Below, piece after piece: positions 38,799-48,721 of a stretch of 64,000 nt of DNA (positions are counted from its first letter, which is position 1; each line of letters starts with the position of its first letter). The position numbers and the translations under genes were made by a program. The DNA comes from Promethearchaeia archaeon (lineage in GTDB: Archaea > Asgardarchaeota > Lokiarchaeia > Sigyniarchaeales > SOKP01). The DNA lies in NCBI GenBank assembly GCA_029856045.1, contig JAHQWG010000025.1, positions 1 to 64,000 on the forward strand, in the 5' to 3' direction. The notes beneath the pieces were generated by a model, which searched no databases, was not told where the DNA came from, and saw nothing but the letters and a program-made list of their open reading frames with translations.

Positions 38799-40214
38799 TT
38801 AAGAACCTCCTTGATTTTTATCATTGATATCTTTTAATTTTTGAATATTATTAGACACTGTATCTAAGATTGAAATAGTAGAATCTAAAGAACTAATAGA
38901 ATCTTCTTGCTTCTTTTTAATTTCATTAATCTCCTTTATTAAAGGCTTTAGAGTTTTTTCTAATTGTTTTTTAATCTTTTCCGTGTTTGAATCTATTTCT
39001 TGCACCGTTTCATTACTTAGTTGATTAATTTTCCTGGAAACCTCATCAATTAATTTAGTATTTTGAATTATATGATTAGAGTTATTCTCATAACTAGATT
39101 TTAATGAAGTAAATTTTTGTTTACTGTTATTGATTAATGAATTTGTTTCATTAATTATTGCATTTATTTGTTCTGTGAATATTTTAGATGTATTCGATTC
39201 AATAGTATCTTTTAGTTGGTGGATTGAATTTTTTAATGCGGTTTTATTAATATCTAATGTATCTAATTTATCATCAATATATGTTTCCATATCTCTAAAT
39301 ATATCCATAATTGCAAATTTAGTCCAAGTGTGTAATTCCCTCAGACCAATTGATAGGTTATTCTTTAAGGTTATTAGATTTTCTCTAGTTTTTAGATTGA
39401 TATCAGTTGTTAATTTAGTCGTTTTTTGACCCCATTGGTTTAGATATCTAAATAATGGTTCAAAGAACGAATAAATAAATTTTGAAATACCATCATTCAA
39501 TGATTGCAATAATACCATTAAATTTAAATCAGGTTGTTTTGCCATAATTTGACTTTGACTGGGAATAGAAATTTCTCCAAAGATATCTGGAGTTTCATTA
39601 ATTTCTAAAATGACAGGTTCTTTTTTATGAATGTTATCTATTAAATTTTTAATTTCATGATAAAATCCAATATTATCAGGAGGTTCCACAACAAATTTTA
39701 CCTCATGATAACTAGTTGGTATTTCCGTAAAAGAAGGTTTATCTAATCGAAAAATTTTAAAACCCATATTTCCTTGCTTCTCTAATAGTTCATGATCGAA
39801 GACAATTCCAATTGCACTGGGATTTGGATTTTGAAATCCTAATTGATTTATGAGGTCAACTGCTGAAAAAAAGACGCCTAGACCAGGATGAGAGTGGTAC
39901 CAACCAACGGAAAACCACCCCTTATCAGCAACCTCTTGATCTACACTTGCAAAAGCTATATAATCGGCTTCTGCAAATTGTACTTCAATTTGACCTCCAT
40001 GATTTATTGGAATCGCATCTCTAACTATAACATCTTTAATTTCTCCAGAACCTTCTAATTCTCCTAATAACACACCCATACATTCACGGTAATTATCAGG
40101 ATCCTTAATTTTTGAACCAAACCGTAAAACATGAATAAGCATTTTATAATAAGCTAATGGTTTAATGATTACCTTCGAGTTATCAATGAAATTTTGCTTT
40201 TGTGTGTGTGCCAT
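38799..40214 (-). CDS. Rpn11/CSN5-like JAMM metalloprotease with a long C-terminal coiled coil
   Basis: LAYYKMLIH...ECMGVLLGE; GWYHSHPGLGVFFSAVD canonical JAMM motif. Confidence 0.9.
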   Translation of the reverse strand: MAHTQKQNFIDNSKVIIKPLAYYKMLIHVLRFGSKIKDPDNYRECMGVLLGELEGSGEIKDVIVRDAIPINHGGQIEVQFAEADYIAFASVDQEVADKGWFSVGWYHSHPGLGVFFSAVDLINQLGFQNPNPSAIGIVFDHELLEKQGNMGFKIFRLDKPSFTEIPTSYHEVKFVVEPPDNIGFYHEIKNLIDNIHKKEPVILEINETPDIFGEISIPSQSQIMAKQPDLNLMVLLQSLNDGISKFIYSFFEPLFRYLNQWGQKTTKLTTDINLKTRENLITLKNNLSIGLRELHTWTKFAIMDIFRDMETYIDDKLDTLDINKTALKNSIHQLKDTIESNTSKIFTEQINAIINETNSLINNSKQKFTSLKSSYENNSNHIIQNTKLIDEVSRKINQLSNETVQEIDSNTEKIKKQLEKTLKPLIKEINEIKKKQEDSISSLDSTISILDTVSNNIQKLKDINDKNQGGS

Positions 40215-40411
40215 ATTTAAAACTTCTTAATTAATTAATCTCATTTTAATTTTCCTATACCAATATTATTTTTTGAGTTTTTATAATATTATCCAAATTC
40301 AATTATTATTCCAATTAGCTGTGTTTAATAAAAATTTAATATTAATTTTAAGGATATTATTTAGATTTATAACACCGAAAGTTAATATTAAAAAAAACTT
40401 TAAAAAGAGTA

Positions 40412-41089
40412 TTAATTGTAGTCCTTGAATTCCTTTCCACAACTTGGGCAATGCTTTATCTGAAATCCACAGAAAGGACAAAAAATCTTTCCCAAAGTTT
40501 GTTTTTTTAAATCTTCTGTTTCAGCAGTATCTTTAGATGGAATCTTGGGAAGTTCTTTCTCAGTTGAAATTATTTTAGGAGCTTCTTCTTGAATAATTGA
40601 TTCTTTTTCAACATTAAGTTTTTTAGAAATTGCTTTAGCTTTTGTTCTTTGGAGAAAGTGTTCACGTTCCGATAATTCCGGAATATGTTCTTTAACCCAC
40701 CCTTGAGCTTTAACCCTTTTTAATTCTGATTCTGGAACTTTCTCTAACTGTACTTCCTTTATTTCTTGAATTGGAGCTATAACTTTCTTCTTATCTTTAT
40801 TCTCCTTTGCCTGTCTCAATAAAAATTGAGTTGTTTTCATGATTTGATGAGGATTGATATTTGGGATTGCAACTGTTTTGAGGACCCAACTAACGATATG
40901 ATTTCCATTAGGTATATCTTGGTCTACATTGTCGTAAATATAAGAATCTATAATTGTATCTTTTCCTTTCATTAATCTAGATGCCCATTTTTCATTAATC
41001 ATTCCTAATTGTAATCTGTAGGAAGTCCCAGCAATTCCAAGCTGAGAAGTGAGTGGTTCAAAATCTTTTTCTGACATGATTTTACCCAA
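40412..41089 (-). CDS. Hypothetical protein with a C-terminal zinc ribbon
   Basis: CPFC...CPSC. Confidence 0.7.
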   Translation of the reverse strand: MGKIMSEKDFEPLTSQLGIAGTSYRLQLGMINEKWASRLMKGKDTIIDSYIYDNVDQDIPNGNHIVSWVLKTVAIPNINPHQIMKTTQFLLRQAKENKDKKKVIAPIQEIKEVQLEKVPESELKRVKAQGWVKEHIPELSEREHFLQRTKAKAISKKLNVEKESIIQEEAPKIISTEKELPKIPSKDTAETEDLKKQTLGKIFCPFCGFQIKHCPSCGKEFKDYN

Positions 41090-41405
41090 AATGAATTTTA
41101 TTAATGATATAAATTATTTTTCTATTTTTATAATTTATTCAAAATTATTATATCTTTATAATTTTTGACTGAAATTTTGTTTATGTTTAAATATAAAATT
41201 GATGAAATTTTTTAATATTAAAATTCTCTATAGTTGTTGATATTTTACAGAAATGATATTTTTTATATTATGTCGATTCTCTCCTTATATTTAAAAAGAA
41301 TATTCCCCTAAATGTTAATGCTACAATAAATATTCTTAAATATTGTGGAACTTCTAAAATCAATGGAATTAAAAAGAATAATTTGTATTTTTATTAAGGG
41401 AGAGT

Positions 41406-44400
41406 ATGAAAAAATTGGAAGATTTTAATGAAAATGATGAGGATTTCAGTTTAATCGATTTATACCCAAAATATGTAATCAATTCTAAAGGAATACTTAA
41501 GGATTTTGATATAGCATATGTAGCAAGATCAATTAATAGAGAAACCGGATTGGAATTAGAAACTTGCGAAGTAATTGCTCAGGAGGTTCTACGAAAAATA
41601 ATCGGGCAAGGGTTAAAAAGAGTTTCTACCAATTATATTAGGGAGATAGTATGCCTTGAATTAACTGCAAGAGGATTAGAAAAATTTAGAAACATTTATG
41701 CTCGTTATATTAACATTAGTATGACCAAATTCTCTTTAGATGTGGATTTCATTGAAAAATTTAAAGAAATTCATCCAAAATGGGGTCCCTTAGGTTATAT
41801 TACTTATAAGAGAACTTATGCAAGATATATCGAAAAAGAAAATCGAAAAGAAGAATTCTGGGAAACACTGAAAAGGGTTGTTGAAGGATGTTTCTCAATT
41901 CAAAAAGAGCATTGTGTAAAATTAGGATTACCTTGGAATGAAGATAAAGCTCAAAAATCTGCTCAAATAATGTTTCAAAAAATGTGGAATTTTAAATTTA
42001 TTGCTCCAGGTCGTGGATTATGGATAATGGGAACCCCATTTATTGACCGACACGGAAGTATGGCCCTTAATAATTGCGGTTTTGCCTCAACTGAGGATAT
42101 TGATATTAAAGGGACGATTCCATTTGAATGGACAATGGATGCATTAATGCTGGGTGTTGGTGTTGGATTTGACACAAAAGGGGCAGGAAAAATAATTATT
42201 AAGAAACCTAAAAAAGATGATTTTCTATTTCGCATTCCAGATAGCAGAGAAGGATGGGTTGAAGCACTAAAATATACTTTAGAGGCATATTTTTTTGAAA
42301 AAACCATACCAAAATTGGATTATTCCTTAATAAGACCGGCGGGGGAATTAATTAGAGGATTTGGAGGAATCGCCTCTGGACCAGAACCGCTTGAAAAAAT
42401 GATTGAAAACATTAAAGATCTTTTAAACCAACGTATTGGAGATAAACTTCGTTCAACAGATATAGTCGATATCATGAATTTTATTGGCAAATGCGTAGTT
42501 GCCGGGAATGTCCGCCGGAGTGCTGAAATAGCCCTTGGAGATATAAATGATACGGAATTTATAACTATGAAGCAAGATAAGGAGAAATTAACGTCCCACC
42601 GCTGGGCGAGTAATAATTCAATATTTGCAAAAATAGGTATGGACTATTCATTTGTGGCTGAACAAATTGCAAAAAATGGTGAGCCAGGTGTATTATGGTT
42701 AGAAAATTCAAGAGCTTATTCAAGAATGGCTGAACCCCCCGATTATAAAGACAAAAAAGTGGCTGGTGTAAATCCTTGTATTACAGGAGATACTTTAATA
42801 GCGGTTGCAGATGGTCGGAACGCTGTATCAATTAAGCAGTTAGCTGAAAAAGGATTGGATGTACCTGTTTATTGCAGGGACAATAATGGCAGAATTGTTA
42901 TAAGAATAATGCGGAATCCAAGAATTACAAGGATAAATGAAGAAATATATGAAGTCAAATTAGATGATGGAAGTCAAATAAAATGTACGGGTGATCATAA
43001 ATTCATTTTAAAAGATATGAGCGAAAAGGAAGCTAAAGATTTACGAAAAGGTGACTCCCTTATGATTATGGCAAAATGGCAAACATCTTGGGATGAAATG
43101 ATGGGAAGTGAGCGTAAGGAGAAAAAAACAATTTATTGGATGATAAATGACGGGAGAAAAAATATTTTTGAACATACATTTATTTTTGAGTCGTATTATA
43201 ATAAAAAGGTACCTAAGAACCATGTAATACACCATAAGGATAACATTGGAACTAATAATGATATAAAAAACCTGGAGATGATGTCGAAGGAAGAACATGA
43301 TTTATTACATGATATATCTGGCGATAAAAACCCAATGCGACGATGGTGGAGCAAGGCTTCGAAAGAGGAGAAAAGGAGATATAGAGAGAGTATGTCGAGA
43401 GCGGTTTCTGGGGAAAAAAACCCACGATATTCGGGATATTCAGATGATTTGATATATAATGAAATGGTTAATTTAATTAAACGGAATGGAGCACCATTAT
43501 CTAGCGGAATATGGAGAAAGCATGCAAAAAAGATTGGAATGCCATTTACATCCCCAAGATGGGGTCATACTCAAACTCCTACTAATTTAATGAAACGTGC
43601 TAATATTGAGTGTGGGTATGAATATCAAAAAGATCCTGTTTCTAGAAGGGAATACAATAGATTTATTAAGCTATTAAAAAGTTCTGACTTAAAACTATCT
43701 TTTGAAAAAGGTATAATTTATGTAGAAAAAAAATGTGAGGGATGTGGAAATTCATTTAAGATAAAATATTCTAATAGAGAACAAGCTTATTGTTCAAGAC
43801 CTTGCTTATTACGATCAATACATGATAAAGGACAAGAAGCTCTTAAGAAGAAATATAAAAAAATTCGAAAAAAAAAGCAAGAGTTGATTTTTAAATTATT
43901 AATTAAGGAAATTTCTTTAAAGAAAAAAATTCCTTCAAAACACGATTTCCTGAAAATTTTAAGAGAGAATGGAATTGCTGACTTTCGAAGTGCTGGTATG
44001 TCTGATAGTTATGCGTACATCCTCGATCAAATTACTGAGAACTTTAAAACAATTAAAGTAGATTCTAAAAAATTATCGCGTGATGAAGGCTATGCAAAAT
44101 TAGTTGCTAGTAGATGGATTGAAAATGGAGTAAATTATAACCATAAAATCGTATCTGTCAAGAAGATTGGAATAGGAAATGTCTTTAATGGAACGGTGGA
44201 TGAATTTCATAATTTTGGAATTGTTTTAGATGAGAAAAAGACTAAATCTGAAAGAATTAAATTGGAAATAATATTTACAGCGAATTGTGGAGAACAGAGC
44301 CTTGAATCATATGAGCTATGCTGCTTGGTGGAGTCCTTTCCTTCAAATCATGAATCCTACGAGGAGTTTCAAGATACGCTAAAATATGCATATCTTTATG

Positions 44401-45176
44401 CAAAATCAGTTACTTTATTAAATACACATTGGAAGCAAACAAATGCAATTATGGGCAAAAACAGAAGAATTGGCACTTCCCAATCGGGAATAATTAATGC
44501 CTTTATTAAACATGGGCGTAGGGAAATATTTAAATGGTGTGAAAAAGGTTACAAATACTTAAAGGAGTTGGATTCAAAATATTCAGATTGGCTAACTACC
44601 CCTAAGTCAATTAAGATGACTTCAATAAAGCCCAGTGGCAGTGTAAGTTTACTTCCGGGAGTAACTCCAGGAATACATTATCCGCATTCTGAATATTACA
44701 TACGTAGGATTCGCTTTAATGAAAATTCAGATTTGCTTCCATTTCTTAGAGAAGCCGGATATGAAATTCACACAGATAAATACTCTCCCAACACAAGCGT
44801 TGTAGAATTCCCTATTCATGAGGAATATTTTGAAAGGGCAAAGAAAGACGTATCGATGTGGGAACAGTTAGAAAATGCTGCTGCATACCAGAAATATTGG
44901 GCTGATAATCAAGTGTCCATCACAGTTACTTTTAAAGAAAAAGAAGCAAAAGAGATTAAAGTTGCTTTAGAAATATTCGAAGATAAGTTGAAAGGAGTTA
45001 CATTCCTTCCCTTGAATGAACACGGTTATGAACAAGCTCCTTATGAAGAAATTACACAAGAACAGTATCATGAAATGAAATCGAAATTAAAACCACTCAA
45101 CCTGAGTACAGTTAAAAGTGAAGCACTGGGTGAAAGATTTTGTGATGCAGATTTCTGTGAGATTAAATTCAAATGA
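41406..45176 (+). CDS. nrdJ: Class II (B12-dependent) ribonucleotide reductase, RTPR-like, with an N-terminal ATP cone and an intein
   Basis: TYKRTYAR, PGRGLW, LNNC, VVAGNVRRSA, RWASNNS, GEPG, NP/CGEQ, KPSGSVS, C-terminal CDADFC. Confidence 0.93.
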   Translation: MKKLEDFNENDEDFSLIDLYPKYVINSKGILKDFDIAYVARSINRETGLELETCEVIAQEVLRKIIGQGLKRVSTNYIREIVCLELTARGLEKFRNIYARYINISMTKFSLDVDFIEKFKEIHPKWGPLGYITYKRTYARYIEKENRKEEFWETLKRVVEGCFSIQKEHCVKLGLPWNEDKAQKSAQIMFQKMWNFKFIAPGRGLWIMGTPFIDRHGSMALNNCGFASTEDIDIKGTIPFEWTMDALMLGVGVGFDTKGAGKIIIKKPKKDDFLFRIPDSREGWVEALKYTLEAYFFEKTIPKLDYSLIRPAGELIRGFGGIASGPEPLEKMIENIKDLLNQRIGDKLRSTDIVDIMNFIGKCVVAGNVRRSAEIALGDINDTEFITMKQDKEKLTSHRWASNNSIFAKIGMDYSFVAEQIAKNGEPGVLWLENSRAYSRMAEPPDYKDKKVAGVNPCITGDTLIAVADGRNAVSIKQLAEKGLDVPVYCRDNNGRIVIRIMRNPRITRINEEIYEVKLDDGSQIKCTGDHKFILKDMSEKEAKDLRKGDSLMIMAKWQTSWDEMMGSERKEKKTIYWMINDGRKNIFEHTFIFESYYNKKVPKNHVIHHKDNIGTNNDIKNLEMMSKEEHDLLHDISGDKNPMRRWWSKASKEEKRRYRESMSRAVSGEKNPRYSGYSDDLIYNEMVNLIKRNGAPLSSGIWRKHAKKIGMPFTSPRWGHTQTPTNLMKRANIECGYEYQKDPVSRREYNRFIKLLKSSDLKLSFEKGIIYVEKKCEGCGNSFKIKYSNREQAYCSRPCLLRSIHDKGQEALKKKYKKIRKKKQELIFKLLIKEISLKKKIPSKHDFLKILRENGIADFRSAGMSDSYAYILDQITENFKTIKVDSKKLSRDEGYAKLVASRWIENGVNYNHKIVSVKKIGIGNVFNGTVDEFHNFGIVLDEKKTKSERIKLEIIFTANCGEQSLESYELCCLVESFPSNHESYEEFQDTLKYAYLYAKSVTLLNTHWKQTNAIMGKNRRIGTSQSGIINAFIKHGRREIFKWCEKGYKYLKELDSKYSDWLTTPKSIKMTSIKPSGSVSLLPGVTPGIHYPHSEYYIRRIRFNENSDLLPFLREAGYEIHTDKYSPNTSVVEFPIHEEYFERAKKDVSMWEQLENAAAYQKYWADNQVSITVTFKEKEAKEIKVALEIFEDKLKGVTFLPLNEHGYEQAPYEEITQEQYHEMKSKLKPLNLSTVKSEALGERFCDADFCEIKFK
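42777..44285 (+). mobile_element. 503-aa intein with an HNH homing endonuclease
   Basis: Interrupts NP|CGEQ; starts CITGDTLI, block B CTGDHKF, HHKD....NN...NL......EH, ends HNF...IIFTAN|C. Confidence 0.92.
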
Positions 45177-45317
45177 ATTAACATGAAATATCATTCAATT
45201 ATTAAAAAGTCAAGAGATTTTAGACAAATATTATTAAGTTTATTAAGTAAATAATCTTAATAATTGTGAAATACCAATACTTATTATATTACAATATAAA
45301 GAAAAGGTTGAAAGATA

Positions 45318-46592
45318 ATGGTAAAAATTATTCATCTTGCAGATACTCATCTTGGTTTTCGATTAAGAAAGAACTTTAAAAATGACTGGTTTAAATTTGG
45401 TGAAATTCGATGGTATGAAAATGATTTTTATAAGAGATGGGATGATTTTTTTAATTATTGTATTGATAATAAGGATAATATCGATTTTATAGTTCATTCG
45501 GGAGATATTTTCCATACTCCATTCGGAGAAAATCCATTTCCACCACCAGAACCGGCAAGAGAAGTTGTCGTTAAAAGCTTAAAAATTTTTTTTAAAGAAA
45601 CTGAAAATAAAATTCCCATTATCTTAATTGATGGTAATCATGGTATTTATCAAGGATATAGATATTCAATTATGGACAGCATTACTTCCATCTTTCCAAA
45701 ACTCCATTATTTTTCCGTCTGGGACTTAAAACATGCAATAACTAATACTCAACAATTAACTTTAGAATTTCCAGATAAAAGCACTCGATTTTATTTGTTT
45801 CCTTATTTTGAATTTACTCTAAACAATGATATTAAAGTTGAATATGATAAATGGATTGAAAAACAAAGACCTAAAGAGGATATAGTCGAGATTGCTGTAG
45901 TTCATGGATCTGATGTCGATAAAACACTTCACGAGAAATTAAAATCATTCAATTACTCATACATTGCATTAGGCCATGAACATAACCAAAGAAAAATTTC
46001 CGGTAATGCTTATTATTCAGGATCATTTGTACCACTTAATTTTGATGAGGTAAATATTTCAAACGGGTATTTAGAAGTTATAATTGAAAAAAATAAGAAA
46101 CCCGTGGTCAAGAATCATATTTTCGAGAAAAATCGTGCTTTTGAAGAAATTGATATAGAAGTAGACCCATCAACTACAAGTAATTCAATATTTTCTACCA
46201 TAGAAGAAAAAATTGAACCATTTAAGACCCAAAAATGGGAAGGGGTTTCTGCCGCTCGATTAAAAATTAATTTTAGAGGTAATATTTCTCTTACAAGTTT
46301 TTGGAATTTAAGCGAAGAATTAAGATCATTTCAGTCTAAAGTTATTAATGAAGGGAATTATAATATTTTACAACTTATTATCGACTGGCATGAAGTTTCG
46401 AAAGATTTGGGTGATGAGTTAGCTCCTGAAATCATAGAAGAATACGTATTAAGTAATCCTAAAGAGGAATTTCTGGAATATATTCACGGAAAAATTAAGC
46501 CAGCTGAAGGGTATAATGTAGATTTATTAGCAGAAATCGCAATAGAAGCAATTGAAACATCTTTAAAAAAATTTGGCGGAGAAACTGATTGA
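45318..46592 (+). CDS. mre11: Mre11/SbcD nuclease
   Basis: ADTHLG, HSGDIFH, DGNH, VHG, YIALGHEH, YSGS. Confidence 0.9.
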   Translation: MVKIIHLADTHLGFRLRKNFKNDWFKFGEIRWYENDFYKRWDDFFNYCIDNKDNIDFIVHSGDIFHTPFGENPFPPPEPAREVVVKSLKIFFKETENKIPIILIDGNHGIYQGYRYSIMDSITSIFPKLHYFSVWDLKHAITNTQQLTLEFPDKSTRFYLFPYFEFTLNNDIKVEYDKWIEKQRPKEDIVEIAVVHGSDVDKTLHEKLKSFNYSYIALGHEHNQRKISGNAYYSGSFVPLNFDEVNISNGYLEVIIEKNKKPVVKNHIFEKNRAFEEIDIEVDPSTTSNSIFSTIEEKIEPFKTQKWEGVSAARLKINFRGNISLTSFWNLSEELRSFQSKVINEGNYNILQLIIDWHEVSKDLGDELAPEIIEEYVLSNPKEEFLEYIHGKIKPAEGYNVDLLAEIAIEAIETSLKKFGGETD

Positions 46593-48694
46593 GAATCAAA
46601 AAAGTGGAATTTAAAAATTTCAAATGTTTTCCAGATTTAATACTTCCTGAAAGAGAAGACGAGAATTTCTCTGAAGGTTTATTTTTAATACAAGGGACAA
46701 CTCCTGAGAGGTCAAATAGTTTCGGGAAAACAAGTTTTGTTGAAGGAATTCTTTTTGGCTTGTTTGGACCGAAAAGCACAATTTTATCAATCAATAATTT
46801 AATTACTTTTGGACAAGAAAAAGGAGAGATAAAGATAATATTTGAGCTCGACGGTATCGATTATATGATACAAAGATTATTGAATAGAACGAGTTCAAGT
46901 GGTTCCCAAAAATTAAGAACTTATATAAGAGTTAATAATAATTGGAAATCCGACAACACGATTAATATTGAGGAATTAATAGAGATAAAGAGAGAACAAG
47001 CATTACAAACAGCTTTTGTAAAACAAGGTCAAATAGAGAGTTTGGCATCAGCTAGTCCAGCGAAATTACGGGATTTAATAATAGATTTATTTCGTTTAAA
47101 TATTGTTGATTATGCTTCAGATTATCTTAAGAATATGAATAAAGTTGCAATAAATCGGATAAAAGCTATAAATAAAAATTATATTTCTCCTTCAGAAATT
47201 GATAAAAATATTAATAAAAAAGAACAGCAATTAGCAGAAAATAGCATAGACCTTAAAAATAATTTCACAAAAATCGATACGTTAAAAACTCAGTTAAAGA
47301 ACTTGCCTGATAAGGGAAAATTAATTGAACTTAATGAAATTAAGGAAAAAATTAAACAAGGTATTGGCAAAATTGAGGTATTCTTAGAACAATTAGCCAA
47401 TAAATTAAAAACTTTAAGCTCAGATGATAATATCCAAGAGTCCAATATTGATCATTTTATAAAAACAAAAGAAAATGAAATCACTAAATTAGAAAGTAAT
47501 AAAGATACACTGTCAGAAGCATTAAAAAAAGTTCTTTCAGAAATGAATAAGAAAAAGGGAATTATTTCACAGATTGAAAAAAACAAAAGTAAAATAAGTA
47601 AAAATTTTAATTTTAAAGGAGGAAAGCAAATAGCTAAGTGTCCAACTTGTACAAGAGAGATAAGTTTTCATGATGCTCAAGAGATTATAAATCACTATGA
47701 CAGTGAGATTAATAATTTAAAAAATGATATAAATAAATTAAAACCAAATTTGGGAGAATTAGAAAATAAAAAAGGAGATATCGAAAATAGGTTGGATTAC
47801 TTAAAATCAACTCATAGAAACCTGCAAGAGATTAAAGATATTTACATAAAAAAGAAGAAATATGAAGTAGAGATAGAAAATAATAGATTAGAGAACTTAA
47901 AATTATTAAAAAAATTTAATACATCAACAGAGAAGGAATTTTTAGAAAAATTTAATGTTAAAAATATCGATCAATTAAGAGAAAAAATAATCAAAATCGA
48001 TGGTGAAATAAATTCCCTAATACAAGTAAATAAGAGAATCGAAAGTGAAAATAATTATTTAAAGAATGAAATCCAGGAGCTCAAATTAAAAAAGGAGAAT
48101 ATGATCAAACTTCGAGATGAAAGAGAACAGCTAGAGACGAAAATTAAGCATATTGATAAAAATAAAGAATTAGTAAAAGGATTCATAACAGAATATATGG
48201 TTGAAAAGAGACTAATCCATAATATCCAATATGAAACTAAAAGATTTCTAAAATATTTTTCAGGTGGTCAATACTCCAATCTAAATTTAACAAGCATTGA
48301 TAAAGGACGTGGAATAAAAATTGATGTATTTGATGAATTTAGCCAAACTATTAAAGATATTGATTTTCTTAGTGGAGGAGATAAAGTTGCTCTTGGATTT
48401 GCTTTAAGAATGGGGATCTCAGAGTTAATGACAAAAATCAGACCAACCAAAAATTCTCCAAAGAAAAATCCTAAAATTGATTTTATGATTTTAGATGAAC
48501 CATTAGCAGCATTAGATAAAGATCGTAGAACACAAGTATTAACAACTCTTGAAAGTCAAAAAGATTTTAATCAAATATTTTTAATTACACACACAAATAT
48601 ACCAGAAGAAATTAAGCCAAATTTTATAAAAATCGCTAAAAATTTTGAAAATGGGCTAAGTTCGGCCATTTATATAGATAAAGAAAAAAATTAA
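46589..48694 (+). CDS. rad50: Rad50/SbcC ATPase
   Basis: NFK, GKTS, KQGQI, CPTC zinc hook, LSGG, ILDEP..LD, ITH. Confidence 0.9.
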   Translation: MRIKKVEFKNFKCFPDLILPEREDENFSEGLFLIQGTTPERSNSFGKTSFVEGILFGLFGPKSTILSINNLITFGQEKGEIKIIFELDGIDYMIQRLLNRTSSSGSQKLRTYIRVNNNWKSDNTINIEELIEIKREQALQTAFVKQGQIESLASASPAKLRDLIIDLFRLNIVDYASDYLKNMNKVAINRIKAINKNYISPSEIDKNINKKEQQLAENSIDLKNNFTKIDTLKTQLKNLPDKGKLIELNEIKEKIKQGIGKIEVFLEQLANKLKTLSSDDNIQESNIDHFIKTKENEITKLESNKDTLSEALKKVLSEMNKKKGIISQIEKNKSKISKNFNFKGGKQIAKCPTCTREISFHDAQEIINHYDSEINNLKNDINKLKPNLGELENKKGDIENRLDYLKSTHRNLQEIKDIYIKKKKYEVEIENNRLENLKLLKKFNTSTEKEFLEKFNVKNIDQLREKIIKIDGEINSLIQVNKRIESENNYLKNEIQELKLKKENMIKLRDEREQLETKIKHIDKNKELVKGFITEYMVEKRLIHNIQYETKRFLKYFSGGQYSNLNLTSIDKGRGIKIDVFDEFSQTIKDIDFLSGGDKVALGFALRMGISELMTKIRPTKNSPKKNPKIDFMILDEPLAALDKDRRTQVLTTLESQKDFNQIFLITHTNIPEEIKPNFIKIAKNFENGLSSAIYIDKEKN

Positions 48695-48721
48695 TTATAT
48701 AAAAATATTGAGTGAAAAAAA

